Source: Felis catus (lineage: Eukaryota). From it: DNA of 64,000 bases. The stretch is from positions 177,136,001 to 177,200,000 of the forward strand of contig NC_058368.1 of assembly GCF_018350175.1 (NCBI RefSeq). The letters are read 5' to 3'. Every line of letters starts with the position of its first letter. Within the stretch, counting starts at the first letter, position 1. The notes under the pieces are model-generated. The model searched no databases. It had not been told where the DNA came from and saw only the letters and a program-made list of their open reading frames with translations. Shown piece after piece: positions 1 through 11,574 of the stretch. The translations under genes were made by a program, and so were the position numbers.

Positions 1-346
1 AGTCAGAAGAGCCTGGGAACTTACATCCACCCACCAAAAGGTGGATCACAGCCAGTGATTGCCTGGAGTATGAAAGTAGGAGTACAGAAGCCCAGGTTCC
101 TTGTAACAAGTCAGGGCAAACTCTGAGGCATGATTTATATTCCAAAGTTCCGTTGTGGAATCAGGCTAAAGGCCCCCTCCATGGGACTTTGTTTGAAGTC
201 TCACCCTTGCTTTGCTTCTCCCCCCCCCCCCCCCATCCCACTTCTTCTAGTCATTTTCCAGTTTTTCCTGGGAGCATTTCTTTAATAGATTCCTTCCTGC
301 CAAATTCCCACTTCATAGTCTACTTCTGAGGAAATCTACCGAAAAC
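1..346 (+). mobile_element. 5' LTR (partial) of an ancient ERV-L-class provirus, LTR16-like
   Basis: Ends in a degenerate LTR16-type terminus (ctacttctgaggaaatctaccgaaaac) followed by an internal-region start (tggtattggtcctaggacacagactttaaggatgggattttgg). It is similar to 10560-11052. Confidence 0.6.
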
Positions 347-1665
347 GTTTGAAACTGGTATTGGTCCTAGGACACAGACTTTAAGGATGGGATTTTGGAA
401 TTTGATCACTTGCTGGCCACGTGGCAATAAGGACATTCTTACTGATGGAAATGCATGTTGTCAGCACCTGGGATGCTGTAGCACTGCCATTACTCACATA
501 TGTACCTTTGCACAACTAGAACCAGATATAGCTGACAGGAGTTATGGGAGCTTGTGCAATACAGAGGAAACAATCATTTAAAGGGCTATGAAGTTAGTTT
601 ATTGTTGCTGGATGCTATTGATGCATGGAAGAGAGAAAATGACAGGCTCAATACAGATAGTTACTAATTTAAGGCAAGAAATGAAAGTCAAGGGGCCTCT
701 TTTGAGTAGCTTTTTAAAAAGACTGCTATTTACTTATCTGGAAGGTAAATTACGTTGAAGTCCAGGCATAAGACTGTATTCTAAAAAAAGAACTTTAGCA
801 ACAGCTAACTTTGCATCCTCAGTAAGTCTCCCATACTGAAGTCAGGACTTTGATGGGGAATGAGTGGGACCCTGAAACTTGGGGTGATGATATTTGGGAA
901 GATGCACTTGAGAACACAAAACTTTTAGATCCCTTTGAACATGCGGGCATGCAAAAGTGCCCAGAATCACGTTCTTTTGCTAGTGGACAAAAGTAGGACC
1001 CTCCCTGCAGAGACCTCAACTGAGGCAGATGTCCTGCACAATACCTCCCTTCTTCAATAATATGCCCCATCCCCTCCGGGACACTAGGCCAATAACTGAG
1101 GTTAAGTCTCAGCATGACCGATCTGGGGAAGAGCTGGCCCTGCTAAGGGTGGAAAAGAACTACTCATGAAAGAAGCTACAGGACCAGGCTATTATGTATC
1201 AGTGAGAACCAAGAGTACTTCTTATAAGTGCACCTTGAGGATGCTGAAGCAGGGTTTGGGGTTGTGGGATGGAATACCAGTCTGGTTAAAGGAGTGTTTG
1301 TTGATATGGGGATCTCTTCCAGGACTTAATGTTTAATACCCTGACAAGGGTCCTTGGAACTGACTCTAATAGTGGGACAGTACTTCAATACTTGGTAAAA
1401 ATGATGCCCACGTTAAATGAGGTACTATGCTGGAACTACCACGACAGAGTGCTGAGGAGGGGATTAAAAGTTCCAAAACTAGAGGCGTCTATCAGTTAAG
1501 CATCTGACTTAATTTCAGCTCAAGTCAGGATCTCACAGTTTGTGGGATCGAGCCCCATGTTGGACTCTGTGCTGACAAGAGTGGAACCTGCTTGAGAGTC
1601 TCGCTCTCCCTCTCTCTCTGCCCCTCCCCTATACTCATGCTGTCTCTCTCTCTCTGTGTCTCTCT

Positions 1666-1704
<39 letters not shown>

Positions 1705-2835
1705 CCAAAGCTAAAGCACATCAAAGACCCATCATTAGAGAGGAGGGGTTCTGGAGGCCAGACAATATATGCAGTCCTGACCCAGGTCTTTTTTACAGTG
1801 GGTCCAAATCTTCACAGATACACCTAGTGACCATTTCCTTTGTATCCCAATACACAATCAGGTTGCATATGCTTAGTGTCTGGGAGAGCCCTTGCATTAC
1901 TTCCTTGATCTACGTAATGAGGACTATTATAGTAGGAAAGGCCAAATGAAAGCTCCTGAACTACAATCCACTCCAAGTCTGGTTGAGACACTGATTCACA
2001 AACAGCAAACAATATTGCCTCTTGGGTGGAATGATGTGCTAACACTAAAAACGTGAAGGATTCAAGGGTAGTAGTCCCTCATTATATTCCATTTTAATTT
2101 ACCAGTCTGGTCCATACGAAAACCACAGACAACAGTGGAGTACTGCCAACTTAACTGAGTGGTAGTCTCACTGCAACTGCTCTGTATGATGTAGGATCTA
2201 TACTAGAACGAAGCAACTTAGCCTCTCTTATATAGCATGTAGCTACTGATCTAACGAACCTATTTCAATATCCATCAGAAAGGAAGATGAGACACAATTT
2301 GCACTTACGTAGCATACATTCACAGTCTTACCTCAGGGCTCTTCTGTTACCTCTACTGTTCTCTGTCAAAACACAGCCCAGTGGACCCCGATTTTCTGGA
2401 TCTTCCATGGAACATTACATTGGTCTATTATACGGATACATATTAACTGGACTTGATGAGCAAGACGTGGCAACTACTCTAGGTGCCTGGTAAGACCATG
2501 TGCTCCAGAGGTTGGGAGATAAATATCTTGCTATGCTAGGGTGGTTCTGAAGTGCTCAGTGATTCGGGGCATGTCACGCCAGGACATTCCCATTAGAGTA
2601 TAGGAATTATTATTGCACCTTGAAACTCCTAATACTAAGTAAGAAGCATCATGTTTGGCAGGCTTCTTTTGGCTTTAGAGAAAGTATATTCTGCATTTGA
2701 AAATATAGCTCTGAACGATTTACTGGGTGACTTAATACTCTTCCAGTTCTGAGCCCCACTAATGCCTCAACTTTAGCTGATACCTATGGCTTCACTGGAA
2801 GAGGCTGTCTACAATGAACTGATGGAGAAGGAAAA
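347..2835 (+). mobile_element. Decayed ERV-L-class internal region (gag/pol remnants), interrupted by a SINE
   Basis: Broken reverse-transcriptase remnants at about 2050-2500: FNLPVWSIRK..TVEYCQLN, ATDLTN and HYIG...LTGLDEQDVATTL, resembling ERV-L FNSPIWPVQK..TVDYRKLN, AIDLAN and HYIDDIMLIG.SEQEVA.TL. Many stops and frameshifts. Confidence 0.75.
1482..1701 (+). mobile_element. Can-SINE
   Basis: tRNA-derived head, (CT)n region, long poly(A), and TSD aaagttccaaa. Confidence 0.9.
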
Positions 2836-3710
2836 AACATGGGTATACTGTGCTATTCCTGAGCAATGAGTAAATCTGATGTTCCCACAGGTAACTACTA
2901 TAAACTCTAGACCAAATGCAAGACAAAACCAAAAATACAACAACAACAACCTGAAGACACTAGAGAGTAAATAAAGGCAAGTATATACTGGAGGGGGGTT
3001 GACACTTGAAAGAAGAGAATAGCATGAGGTGTTTCCAATTTTTGTGGCCTTTAGCCTCAGGGTACAGGGCAGTTGGTGCTGTTCAAGGCAGCAAAAAGTC
3101 TCAAAGAAAATTCTCAGTCTCTTTGCTTTAAAAATGAGAGAACAAACTTCAGGACAACTGTGCTGCTATAAAGTGAGGCGGGATATCCCAGAAAGCAGAG
3201 AGAGAGACAAGAAGCTCCAGATTGTGTGTACAAACAATGCCTAAACTCTAGTTCATTCCTGAACTATGCACACACAGGACTAACTGCAAGCAGCCCAGCT
3301 TAAAAATAAAAGAAATGAACTGAGATTTGAGCTCATGCCCAGGAGACAGACTTTACAGTTTGAAAACCACCAAGTTAACTGGCTGCTTAGAAACAACAAT
3401 GAAAACAAAACCACTCTTCAGAGAAATACAACAGAATCCAGTTTCTACAGCATGACCTTCAGAACACCCAGGATACTGTACAAAATTACTTTATGAAGAA
3501 ACAGGAAAATGAAACCTGCTCTCCAGAGAGAAGACAGCCCATGGAACCAATTTTGAGAAGACTCAGATGTTGAAATTTAGATGAGGATTTTAAAGAGTTT
3601 ATTGTAACTACACTCAGTGGTATCAAGGAAAATTGATTTGCAATAAATGAAAAGGAAATCATAGCAGAAAAACAGAAGCTATACGTGTTAAAAAAAAAAA
3701 AAAAGATAAA

Positions 3711-3905
3711 GGGGAGCCTGGGTGGCTCAGCTGGTTAATTGTCTGACTTCAGCTCAGGTCATGATCTCATGATTCGGGGATTCAAGCCCCATGTTGGGCT
3801 CTGTGCTAACAGCTCAGAGCCCAGAACCTGCTTAGGATTCTGTGTGTGTGTCTCTCTCTGTCCCTCCTCTACTCACGCTCTCTCTCAAAATAAATAAAGA
3901 AACAC
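3711..3905 (+). mobile_element. Can-SINE
   Basis: gggg..cctgggtggctcag head, (CT)n region and A tail. Confidence 0.9.
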
Positions 3906-4282
3906 TAAATATATATATGTATATACATTCTAGAATTGAAAAAAACAGTATCCAAAACAAAAAATTCACTAGATAGGATTACCAGCACAGTGGAGGTGAT
4001 AAAGAGTTAGTAAAAGAAATTACTCAATCTACAGAAGAGAGAAAAAAATGGGTAAAAAATGAACAGAGACTCAGCGACCTATAGGATATATCAAGAAGGA
4101 GGAGGTAGAGACAGCACAGAAAAATATTTGTAGAAATGACTGGCATTGCCCCAAATCTAGTGAAAGACATAAAAATTGATAAATTCATGGTCAGCAGATC
4201 TTAAGTAGGAAAAATATGAAGAAACCCATACTCAGGGACATCATAATGAAACTGCTGAAACCAAAAATAAAAAGGAAATCTT

Positions 4283-4500
4283 GGGGTGCCTGGGTGACTC
4301 AGTTGGTTGAGCATCCGACTTCGGCTCAGGTCATGATCTCACGGTTTGTGAGTTTGAGCCCCGTGTTGGGCTCTGTGCTAACAGCTCAGGGCCTGAAGCC
4401 TGCTTCAGATTCTGTGTCTCCCTCTCTCTCTGCTCCCCCCCTGCTCACACTCTCTCTCTCAAAAATAAAGATTAAAAAAATAATTAAAAAAAAAAAAAAA
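4283..4500 (+). mobile_element. Can-SINE
   Basis: Full length, with TSD aaaaaggaaatctt on both sides. Confidence 0.92.
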
Positions 4501-4647
4501 AGGAAATCTTGAAAGCACCAAAGAAAAATGGCAAATTACATACTGGAGAACAACTTGAATTGACTACTGACTTAGAGAGAATGAAGGTCAGAAGACAGAT
4601 GGAGAGGGTTGAATTGTGGTCCTCCAAAAGATGTATCTGTTCCAGTC

Positions 4648-7318
4648 CAAGGTGACGATGTATGAGGATCCTGAACTCACTTCCTTCCATAGACTCACTG
4701 AACCTATGAGTACAGATGGAACAATTTCCTCTGATAAACAAAAACAAAACAAAACAAAAAACACCCAAACCAGCTGAATGATGCTTACACATTGGGTGCA
4801 ACAGAAAAAACTCACATAGAAGATAGAATAAAGTGAGAGACAATCTCCCCATGAAGCCTACCATTAGTGTGGTGACTCATAATCAGAAGGGAACGCAAAA
4901 CCCCAAGCTTTTCACTGAGGAGTGAATGGTTTGAACTCCACCTCTTGTACCCCAACTTTTAAGACATGCACCTGAGAGATGAGTCCCCAACCATCTATCT
5001 TTAAAAGCTAATGGGGGAGTGGCTGGGTGGCTCAGTCGGTTGAGCATCTGACTCTTGGTTTTGGCTCAGGTCATGATGATGTAGTTTTGTGAGTTTGAGG
5101 CCCTGCACTGTCAGTGCAGAGCCTGCTTGGGATTCTCTCTCTGCCCCTTCCCCACTTGCACTGTCTCTGTCTCTGAATACATACATACATACATAAATGC
5201 TAAGGGGGCTTGAGTCCATGAGAACCACGAGGCTATAAAGAACTGAGGAACAACTCTTAAACGGACATGTGCACAGACTCACCCAACCTCAAAGCCCAGT
5301 GCAGAGGTAAACAACTGAAAAGCTCCCAGGGCTTTCTGTGAAAGAGACTTATTTGCTTATCTTAAAGCATTAGCCTAATGTGACACACATCCAGGAGTCT
5401 ACTAAAATACTGCCCCAAGATGGAGGCCAGTAGGCACCATTTTTATGCTCTCTGCCTTGCTTGAGTGCACAGGTATCTCCTGGAAGGGGGCTTTGGACCC
5501 TCATTTGGCACCCTGATTTTTGCACCTGTTGCCCAGGGGACACCCCTAGGTTGCTTGGCCCTGGTGGTCAATGGGACTTACGCTTGTGGGTCCCACAGGT
5601 CTGTAACAAATAAAAAAAGAGCTCCTGGAGTGCTTGGCTGGCTCAGGAGGTAGAGGTTTGTGACTCCTGATCTTCAGGGTTGTGAGTTTGAGCTCCACAT
5701 TGGGTATAGAGTCTACTAAAAACAACAACAAAAAAACAGTTCTTAACCAGCTACCACCCCAAGGACATGGTAAAGAGGCAACAGACTAAGACGTCCAATC
5801 TCTCAGTGAAAGAGGCCTATTATCTTACGTTCAGAGCTATGCCTGAGGGGCAGGCTTCTAATTACACACACACACCTAAGAGCTGACTGTCATCCTCTCC
5901 AGAGACCTTGGAGGGCAGGTGCTGTCTTCATGCTTTCCTCTGCCACTCTCTAGAGGTCAATGTCTCCCAGAAGGGAGCTCGTACATGCATCTGGTGCCCT
6001 GGTTATTATGCCCAGTGCCTGCTTTTTGAGGCTACTGCCCAATGCCCCTTGATCCCTTGCATCTGTGTGCGCTTGTGTTCCTTGCGTCCCATGTGTCTGC
6101 AACAATCAGAGATAGTTCTTGGATGTCTACTATCCCCAGGGCACAGTGCAGAGAGCAGAATGAAACATACCCCCAGTCTCTGTGAACAAGACCTATTTGC
6201 TTGTCCTGGAGTTTCAGACTGAGAGACAGGCTTCAGGTTCAGCACACATGTAGGGACCCACTGAGGTACTCTCCAGGGATGGAGGCCAGTGGACACATCT
6301 CGGCACTCTGCCTCTGCTTTGTTATAGGTTGCCAGTATCTCCCAGAAAAGAGCTGTACACTCACCTAGAAGCCTGAGTCTTGCAGCTGCTGCTCAGGGGG
6401 CATCTCTAGATCATATGGCTCTCTGGCCAGTGAAGCTTATGCTTGCAGTCCTATAGGACTATAATTATTTGCATACTTTAAAAGCTGCTGCCCATGAGTC
6501 TCACTTTCAATCAGTCTGAATCTGGGTGTTAACTGATATTGACACTGAGAAGCTACTCTCAGCTACCGAGAGCCACTAAAAATAAAGTACGTTGCTTGGA
6601 CAATCATAAAGGTTTGAGAAACAACCAAGAGCTAGGGCAAGGTTAAATAATAAGCTTCATCTACATGAGGCCCTTCCTGAAGACTGGGAGATGTGGCTGT
6701 TTTATGTAATACATACAAACCAACACAGAATCAAGAAAAATAAAGGCATAGAGATGAATATATTCCAAAACAAACAAACAAACAAAAAGGTAAAACTTCA
6801 AAAAATGATGTTCATGAAACAGAGTTAAGTGCTTTACCTGACAAAGAGTTGAAAATAATGGTCATAAAGATGCTCATCAATCTCAGGAGAAGAATGGATG
6901 AACAAAGTAAGAATTTCAATAAAGAGAAAATGTAAGAAGGTACACAAAAGGAAGTCACAGAGCTGAGGAATACAATAACTGAAATGAAAAATACGATAGA
7001 AAGGTTCAAAAACAGGCTAGCTGAAGCAGAAGAGAGGATCAGTGAACTGGAAGATCGGGTCCTGGAACTCATTCAACCAGAGAAGCAAAAATGAAAAAAA
7101 GAGAAAAAGTAAAGATAGCCCAACACACCCACATTTAGGTGTTTCAGAAGCAGAAGAGAAAAAAAGGCAGAAAATTTATTTAAAGAAATAATGGCAGAAA
7201 ACTTCCCTAATCTGGAGAATGAAACAGACATCAAGATCAAGAAAACCCGAAGAGTTCCAAAGACGATGAACCCAAAGGGACCCATACCAAGACCCATTAT
7301 GAGTAAAGTATCAAAAAC
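4648..7318 (+). mobile_element. L1 5'UTR plus ORF1 remnant (younger L1 lineage)
   Basis: 6815-7093 translates to an ORF1p coiled coil (LPDKELKIMVIKML...ELRNTITEMKNTIERFKNRLAEAEERISELEDR, one internal stop). 7191 onward reads MAENFPNL...MNPKGPIPRPIM, a conserved ORF1p block. A long moderately GC-rich UTR lies upstream. Confidence 0.8.
5013..5198 (+). mobile_element. Can-SINE
   Basis: Head ggctgggtggctcagtcggttgagc and an (ATAC)n tail. Confidence 0.85.
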
Positions 7319-7320
7319 TA

Positions 7321-7444
7321 GAGGTGTCTGGGTGGTTCAGTCATTTGAGCATCTGACTCTTGATTTTGGCTCAGGTTATGGTCCCAGAGTCATGGTATCA
7401 AGCCCCATGTTGGGCTCTGTGCTGAGCATGGAGCCTGCTTGGGA

Positions 7445-7491
<47 letters not shown>

Positions 7492-7600
7492 CCTCCCTCC
7501 CTCCCTCTCTCTCTCTCTCCGTCCGTTTGCCCCTCTCCTCAGCTCATGCTTGCACTCGGTCTCTCTCTCTCTCTCTCAAGTAAATAAAATGAAAAAAAAA
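7321..7600 (+). mobile_element. Can-SINE with expanded (CT)n/(CCCT)n tract
   Basis: Head, long CT microsatellite at 7450-7520, and A tail. Confidence 0.9.
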
Positions 7601-8054
7601 GTAAAAGTAAAAACTCCCATAAAATGTATAAACAAACAAAAAAATAAAAGAAATACATCAAAAAATTTAAAGCTTAATGTATCATTTTGTCTTGTGAGGT
7701 TTGTAATGTATGTAGATGTAACACATAAGACATTTATGGTATAAAAGATGGGAAGGGTTAAATGGATCCATATATAGTTCCAAGTTTTCTATATTTTAGG
7801 TGAAATGTTAAAATATTAACTCTATGTAGGCTGTAAAAAGTTAAAGAGGTATATTGCAATCCTTAGAGCAACCACTAAAAAACTAAGGAAGGGTTATAGC
7901 TAAAAAAGTCAATAGATCAGGACCTGGTACTATTGGGTTGAGTGGAATGTTTTAAGTAGGATGTGGCAGAGGATGATAAAGATTGTTCTAAGGAAGGGAA
8001 ACAAAAGGATCGGTAATAAAATTGCTTGTGGCAAAGGAGATTAGAGTAGACATT

Positions 8055-9770
8055 ATAGTAGGAGGAATAGTGGTCCTCCACCAATATTTCTACCCAGAAT
8101 GTCAGCATGTGACCTTATTTGGAATAAGTGTTTTTGTAGATGCAATTAAGGATCTTAAGATCATCATGGGTTAAGGTGGGCCAATAATGGGTTCCTTATA
8201 AGATACAGACATAGAAGAGAAACACAGAGAGAAAGAGAAAAAGGCCTTGTGAGCACCAGGACAGAACTGGAGTGGTGATGCCACAAGACAAGGAACACAA
8301 GGAAGCACCAGATGCTTGAAGAGGTAAGAATAGCAAAAGAGTGAAGGTGAACCCTTTCCTTACATTATACACAAAAATGAACTCAAAGTGGACCAAAGAC
8401 TTAAAAATAAGAGCTAAAAGTATAAAATTCTTAGAAGAAAACAGGAAAAACTTCATGACTTTGGATTTGGCAAACATTTCTGGGATATGACACCAAAAGC
8501 ACAGTCAACAACAACAAAAAATCAAATACATCAAAATTTATCTTTTATGCATCGAGGAAAACTATCAACAGAATAAAAAGGGAATGGAAGAAAATATTTG
8601 CAAATCATATACCTTTTAAGAAATTAGTATCCAGAATGTGTAACAAATTCCTATACCACAACAACAAAAAGCGAAAAAAACAAGTGGATTCAAAAATGGG
8701 TAAAGGACTTGACTAGACATTCCCCCAAAGAAGATAAACAAATAGCCAACAAGTATACGAAAAGATGCTCAACATCTTCCATTATAAGGGAAATGCAAAT
8801 TGAAATCCCAATGACATAACACTTCACACATGTTATGATGGCTCTTATCAAAAACAAAACAAAACAAACAATAACAAAACAAAAAAGAAAAAAAAACAGA
8901 AAATAGCAGGTGTTGGCAAGGATGTGGAGAAATGAGAACACTTGGGCGTTTGCTGGTGGGAATGTAAAATGGTACAGCTGCTGTGGAAAACAGTACCACA
9001 GTTCCTCAAAAAAATTAAAAATAAAATTGTATGTGATCCAGAAATTCCACTTCTGAGTCTATACCCAAAGGAATGAAAGCAGGGACTTGATGAGATATTT
9101 GTACAGCCATGTTCATAGCTACATTATTCACGACAGCCAGAAAGTGGAAGCAGCCCAAGTGTCAATCAGCAGAGGCATAGATAAACAAAATGTGGCATAT
9201 ACACACAATAGAATATCATTTGGCCTTAAAAAAGGAGGATTTCTAACACATGTTATGACATAGGTGAACCTTACAGATACTATGCTAAGTGAAATGAGCC
9301 AGTTGCAAAAGAACAAATACTAGATGATTCCATTTCATGAGGCACCTTAAGTAGTCAAATTCATGGAGCTAGAAAGTAGAATGGTGGTTGCTGGAGTCTG
9401 GGGAGGAGGTGGGATGGGGGGCTATTGTTTAATGGGTATGTAGTCTGGGAAAACGTTACGAAGTTCAGAGATGGACAGTGGTGACAGCTGCACAACAACA
9501 TGAATGCACTTGATGCCACTGACCTGTACACTTAAAAATGTGTCGTGATAAATTTAAGTTATGCATATTTTACCATAATTAAAACATGGAAGAAAAAGAA
9601 AAGACGAGAAAAGGAAGGAATCTTTTTTAGAGACTTTGAGGGAGTATGGTCCTGCCCATACCTTAATTTCAGACTTCTGGCCTCTGCAACTGTGAAAGCA
9701 TAAATTTCTGTTGTTCAAAGCCATCAAGTTTGTGGCAATTTGTTGTGAAAGCCACGGGAAGCTAATATTG
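8055..9770 (+). mobile_element. MaLR MLT1-type LTR split by an L1 insertion (pieces at about 8055-8332 and 9610-9770)
   Basis: Typical MLT1 blocks atgtgaccttatttggaa and gacttctggcctc...aaatttctgttgtt..aagcca..aagtttgtgg.aatttgtt lie on either side of the L1. Confidence 0.75.
8335..9600 (+). mobile_element. 5'-truncated L1 (ORF2 C-terminus and 3'UTR, L1MA/MB-like)
   Basis: Canonical ORF2 3' sequence (aaaagatgctcaacatc...gaaatgcaaat, ggaatgtaaaatggtacag), L1M 3'UTR and A-rich tail. Confidence 0.88.
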
Positions 9771-10159
9771 ATACACTGAGACTACAGAAGACAAATAAGA
9801 CAGAAATGGAAACAGAAGACGCCATGCAATACATCATTATGATGAAGAGCTAGAACAGGACTTTGTACAACTCCCCTAGGAGTGAGGCTGGGAACTGCAG
9901 ACCATGCATGCTCCCTTTGTGGCACTAGCTCAGTGAGCCCTTGTGCTACCAGGTCAGTGAAAGCCCCCCATCCCCTGCCACAAAGGCATCCCCCAATGCC
10001 CCTGCCCCATTGAATAGTCAATGACAGCACTCCCAGCTTGATAAAAGTATCCATGGCCTCAGACCCCTCAGGGATGAAGATCTAGGACACCTTTAAAGGC
10101 AAGCCACCTAGAACAGCAGAAGTGTTACCGTCAAGGGTGATGGGCACCTAGAACATGTA

Positions 10160-10482
10160 CAGAAAAACATGGGTTCAAACTACATGGATCCCCTTAAATT
10201 ATATGCAGGTTTTTTTCTGAAACAGCATAGTACTATAAATGTATTTTCTCTTCCTTATGATTTTCCTAATGTTATCTTTTCTCTAGCTTACTGTATTTTA
10301 AGAATATAGCATATAATACGTATAATATGCAAAATACTATTGACTGTTAATGTTTTCGGTAAGGCTTCTAGTCAATAGTAGGCTGTAAGTTAGGTTTTTG
10401 GGGAGTCTAAAGTTCTATGTGGATTTTCAAGTGCACAGGGGGTTGGCACTCCTAACCGCCAAATTGCTCAAGGATCAAATGT
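10160..10482. mobile_element. Tigger2a-like non-autonomous Tc1/mariner DNA transposon
   Basis: Homologous over about 300 bp to the element at 26156-26477. Degenerate right TIR ttgctcaaggatcaaatg followed by TA. Confidence 0.75.
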
Positions 10483-10499
10483 ACTGTTTTTCAAGGATG

Positions 10500-11052
10500 G
10501 CCCTCCTATTGCTGCTGCTTTGCCCAAAGCATAGAGAGCCAGAAGTGCCTGGAAGCTGACTGGCTGATCCAGGATTAGGAAAGCTCTGGCTCAAGTTAGG
10601 ACCAACCCTGGGGAGTCACTTATATCCCGGAGCATCACGCAGGATCAGCCTGAGGCCCAAACCCTACTTTACTGAACTCTGCCTCAGAGTGCACCTTCCC
10701 TTTCTTGGTTCCCCATTCCGTAACAGGTTTCTCCCGGAAGTACTTTTTTTTTTTTTAATTTTTAATTGTTTTTTATTTTTTTGTGAGAAAGAGACAGAGA
10801 ACAAGCTGGGGAGGGGTAGGGAGAGAAGGAAACACAGAATCCGAAACAGGCTCCAGGCTCTGAGCTGTCAGCTTAGAGCCTGGCATGGGGCTCAAACTCA
10901 TGAACCCCGAGATCATGACCTGAGCCAAAGTTGAATGCTTAACCAACTGAGCCACCCAGGTGTCTTCCTGGGAGTACTTCTTCATAAAGCCCTTGTCCAG
11001 TATCATCTCAGGATACTTCTTGAGGACTATCCTGGGGAGCCCAACCTGAGGC
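10500..11052 (+). mobile_element. 3' LTR of the ERV-L-class provirus, interrupted by a SINE
   Basis: Block-wise similarity to 100-346; ends in ctggggagcccaacctgaggca. Confidence 0.6.
10744..10963 (-). mobile_element. Can-SINE inside the 3' LTR
   Basis: Antisense copy with degenerate TSD tcccggaagtact / tcctgggagtact. Confidence 0.9.
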
Positions 11053-11309
11053 AAGGGAGAAAACACCTTGACTTGCCCAGTTACAATCCGGCACCTGTAT
11101 CTCCTAAATATTTCGTGTCAACGGCTGGTATCTTTTCTCAAGGGGCACTTTTTGGGGTTCCTGTTATTCCCAGATAAGAGTTACCTCCTCTGGCTAGCTG
11201 CCCCAAAACTTCCCCTCTTAATCTCTTCCTTCTTATGTTGCACCCCTCATAGGGTACAACTGTAGGAATCACCTTCCCCCTCCAGATGGCTCTCTTGGTC
11301 AGCATCCAT

Positions 11310-11371
11310 TTCTTTTTTCTTAAAGTTTATTTTTATTTTGAGAGATAGAGTGAGTGGGGAAGGGGCAGAGA

Positions 11372-11403
<32 letters not shown>

Positions 11404-11574
11404 CAGAGAGAGAGAGAGAGACAGAGAGAGAGAGAGAGACAGAGAATCTCAAGCAGGCTCTGTGCTGTCAGCACAGAGCCCAATATGGGACTCGAAATCA
11501 TGAACTGTGAGATCATGACCTGAGCCGAAATCAGGAGTCAAGGCGCTTAACTGACTGAGCCACCCAGGCACTCC
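11310..11574 (-). mobile_element. Can-SINE with expanded (GA)n/(GACA) tract
   Basis: Antisense copy ending gagccacccaggcactcc. Confidence 0.9.

Larger units (their letters stand above)
2840..4595 (+). mobile_element. Old L1 (L1M-type) 5' region/ORF1 remnant containing two SINEs
   Basis: A-rich strand with ORF1-like remnants (KKPILRDIIMKLLKPK, similar to TPRHIIIKL.K.K). Confidence 0.6.

Noticed and set aside
4216..4512. Recurrent ORFs containing AQVMISRFVSLSP or ERERER motifs (also at 1520, 10773, 11338, 32474, 33471, 49780, 55714)
   Set aside because: Translations of Can-SINE bodies and their CT/GA microsatellites, not genes.
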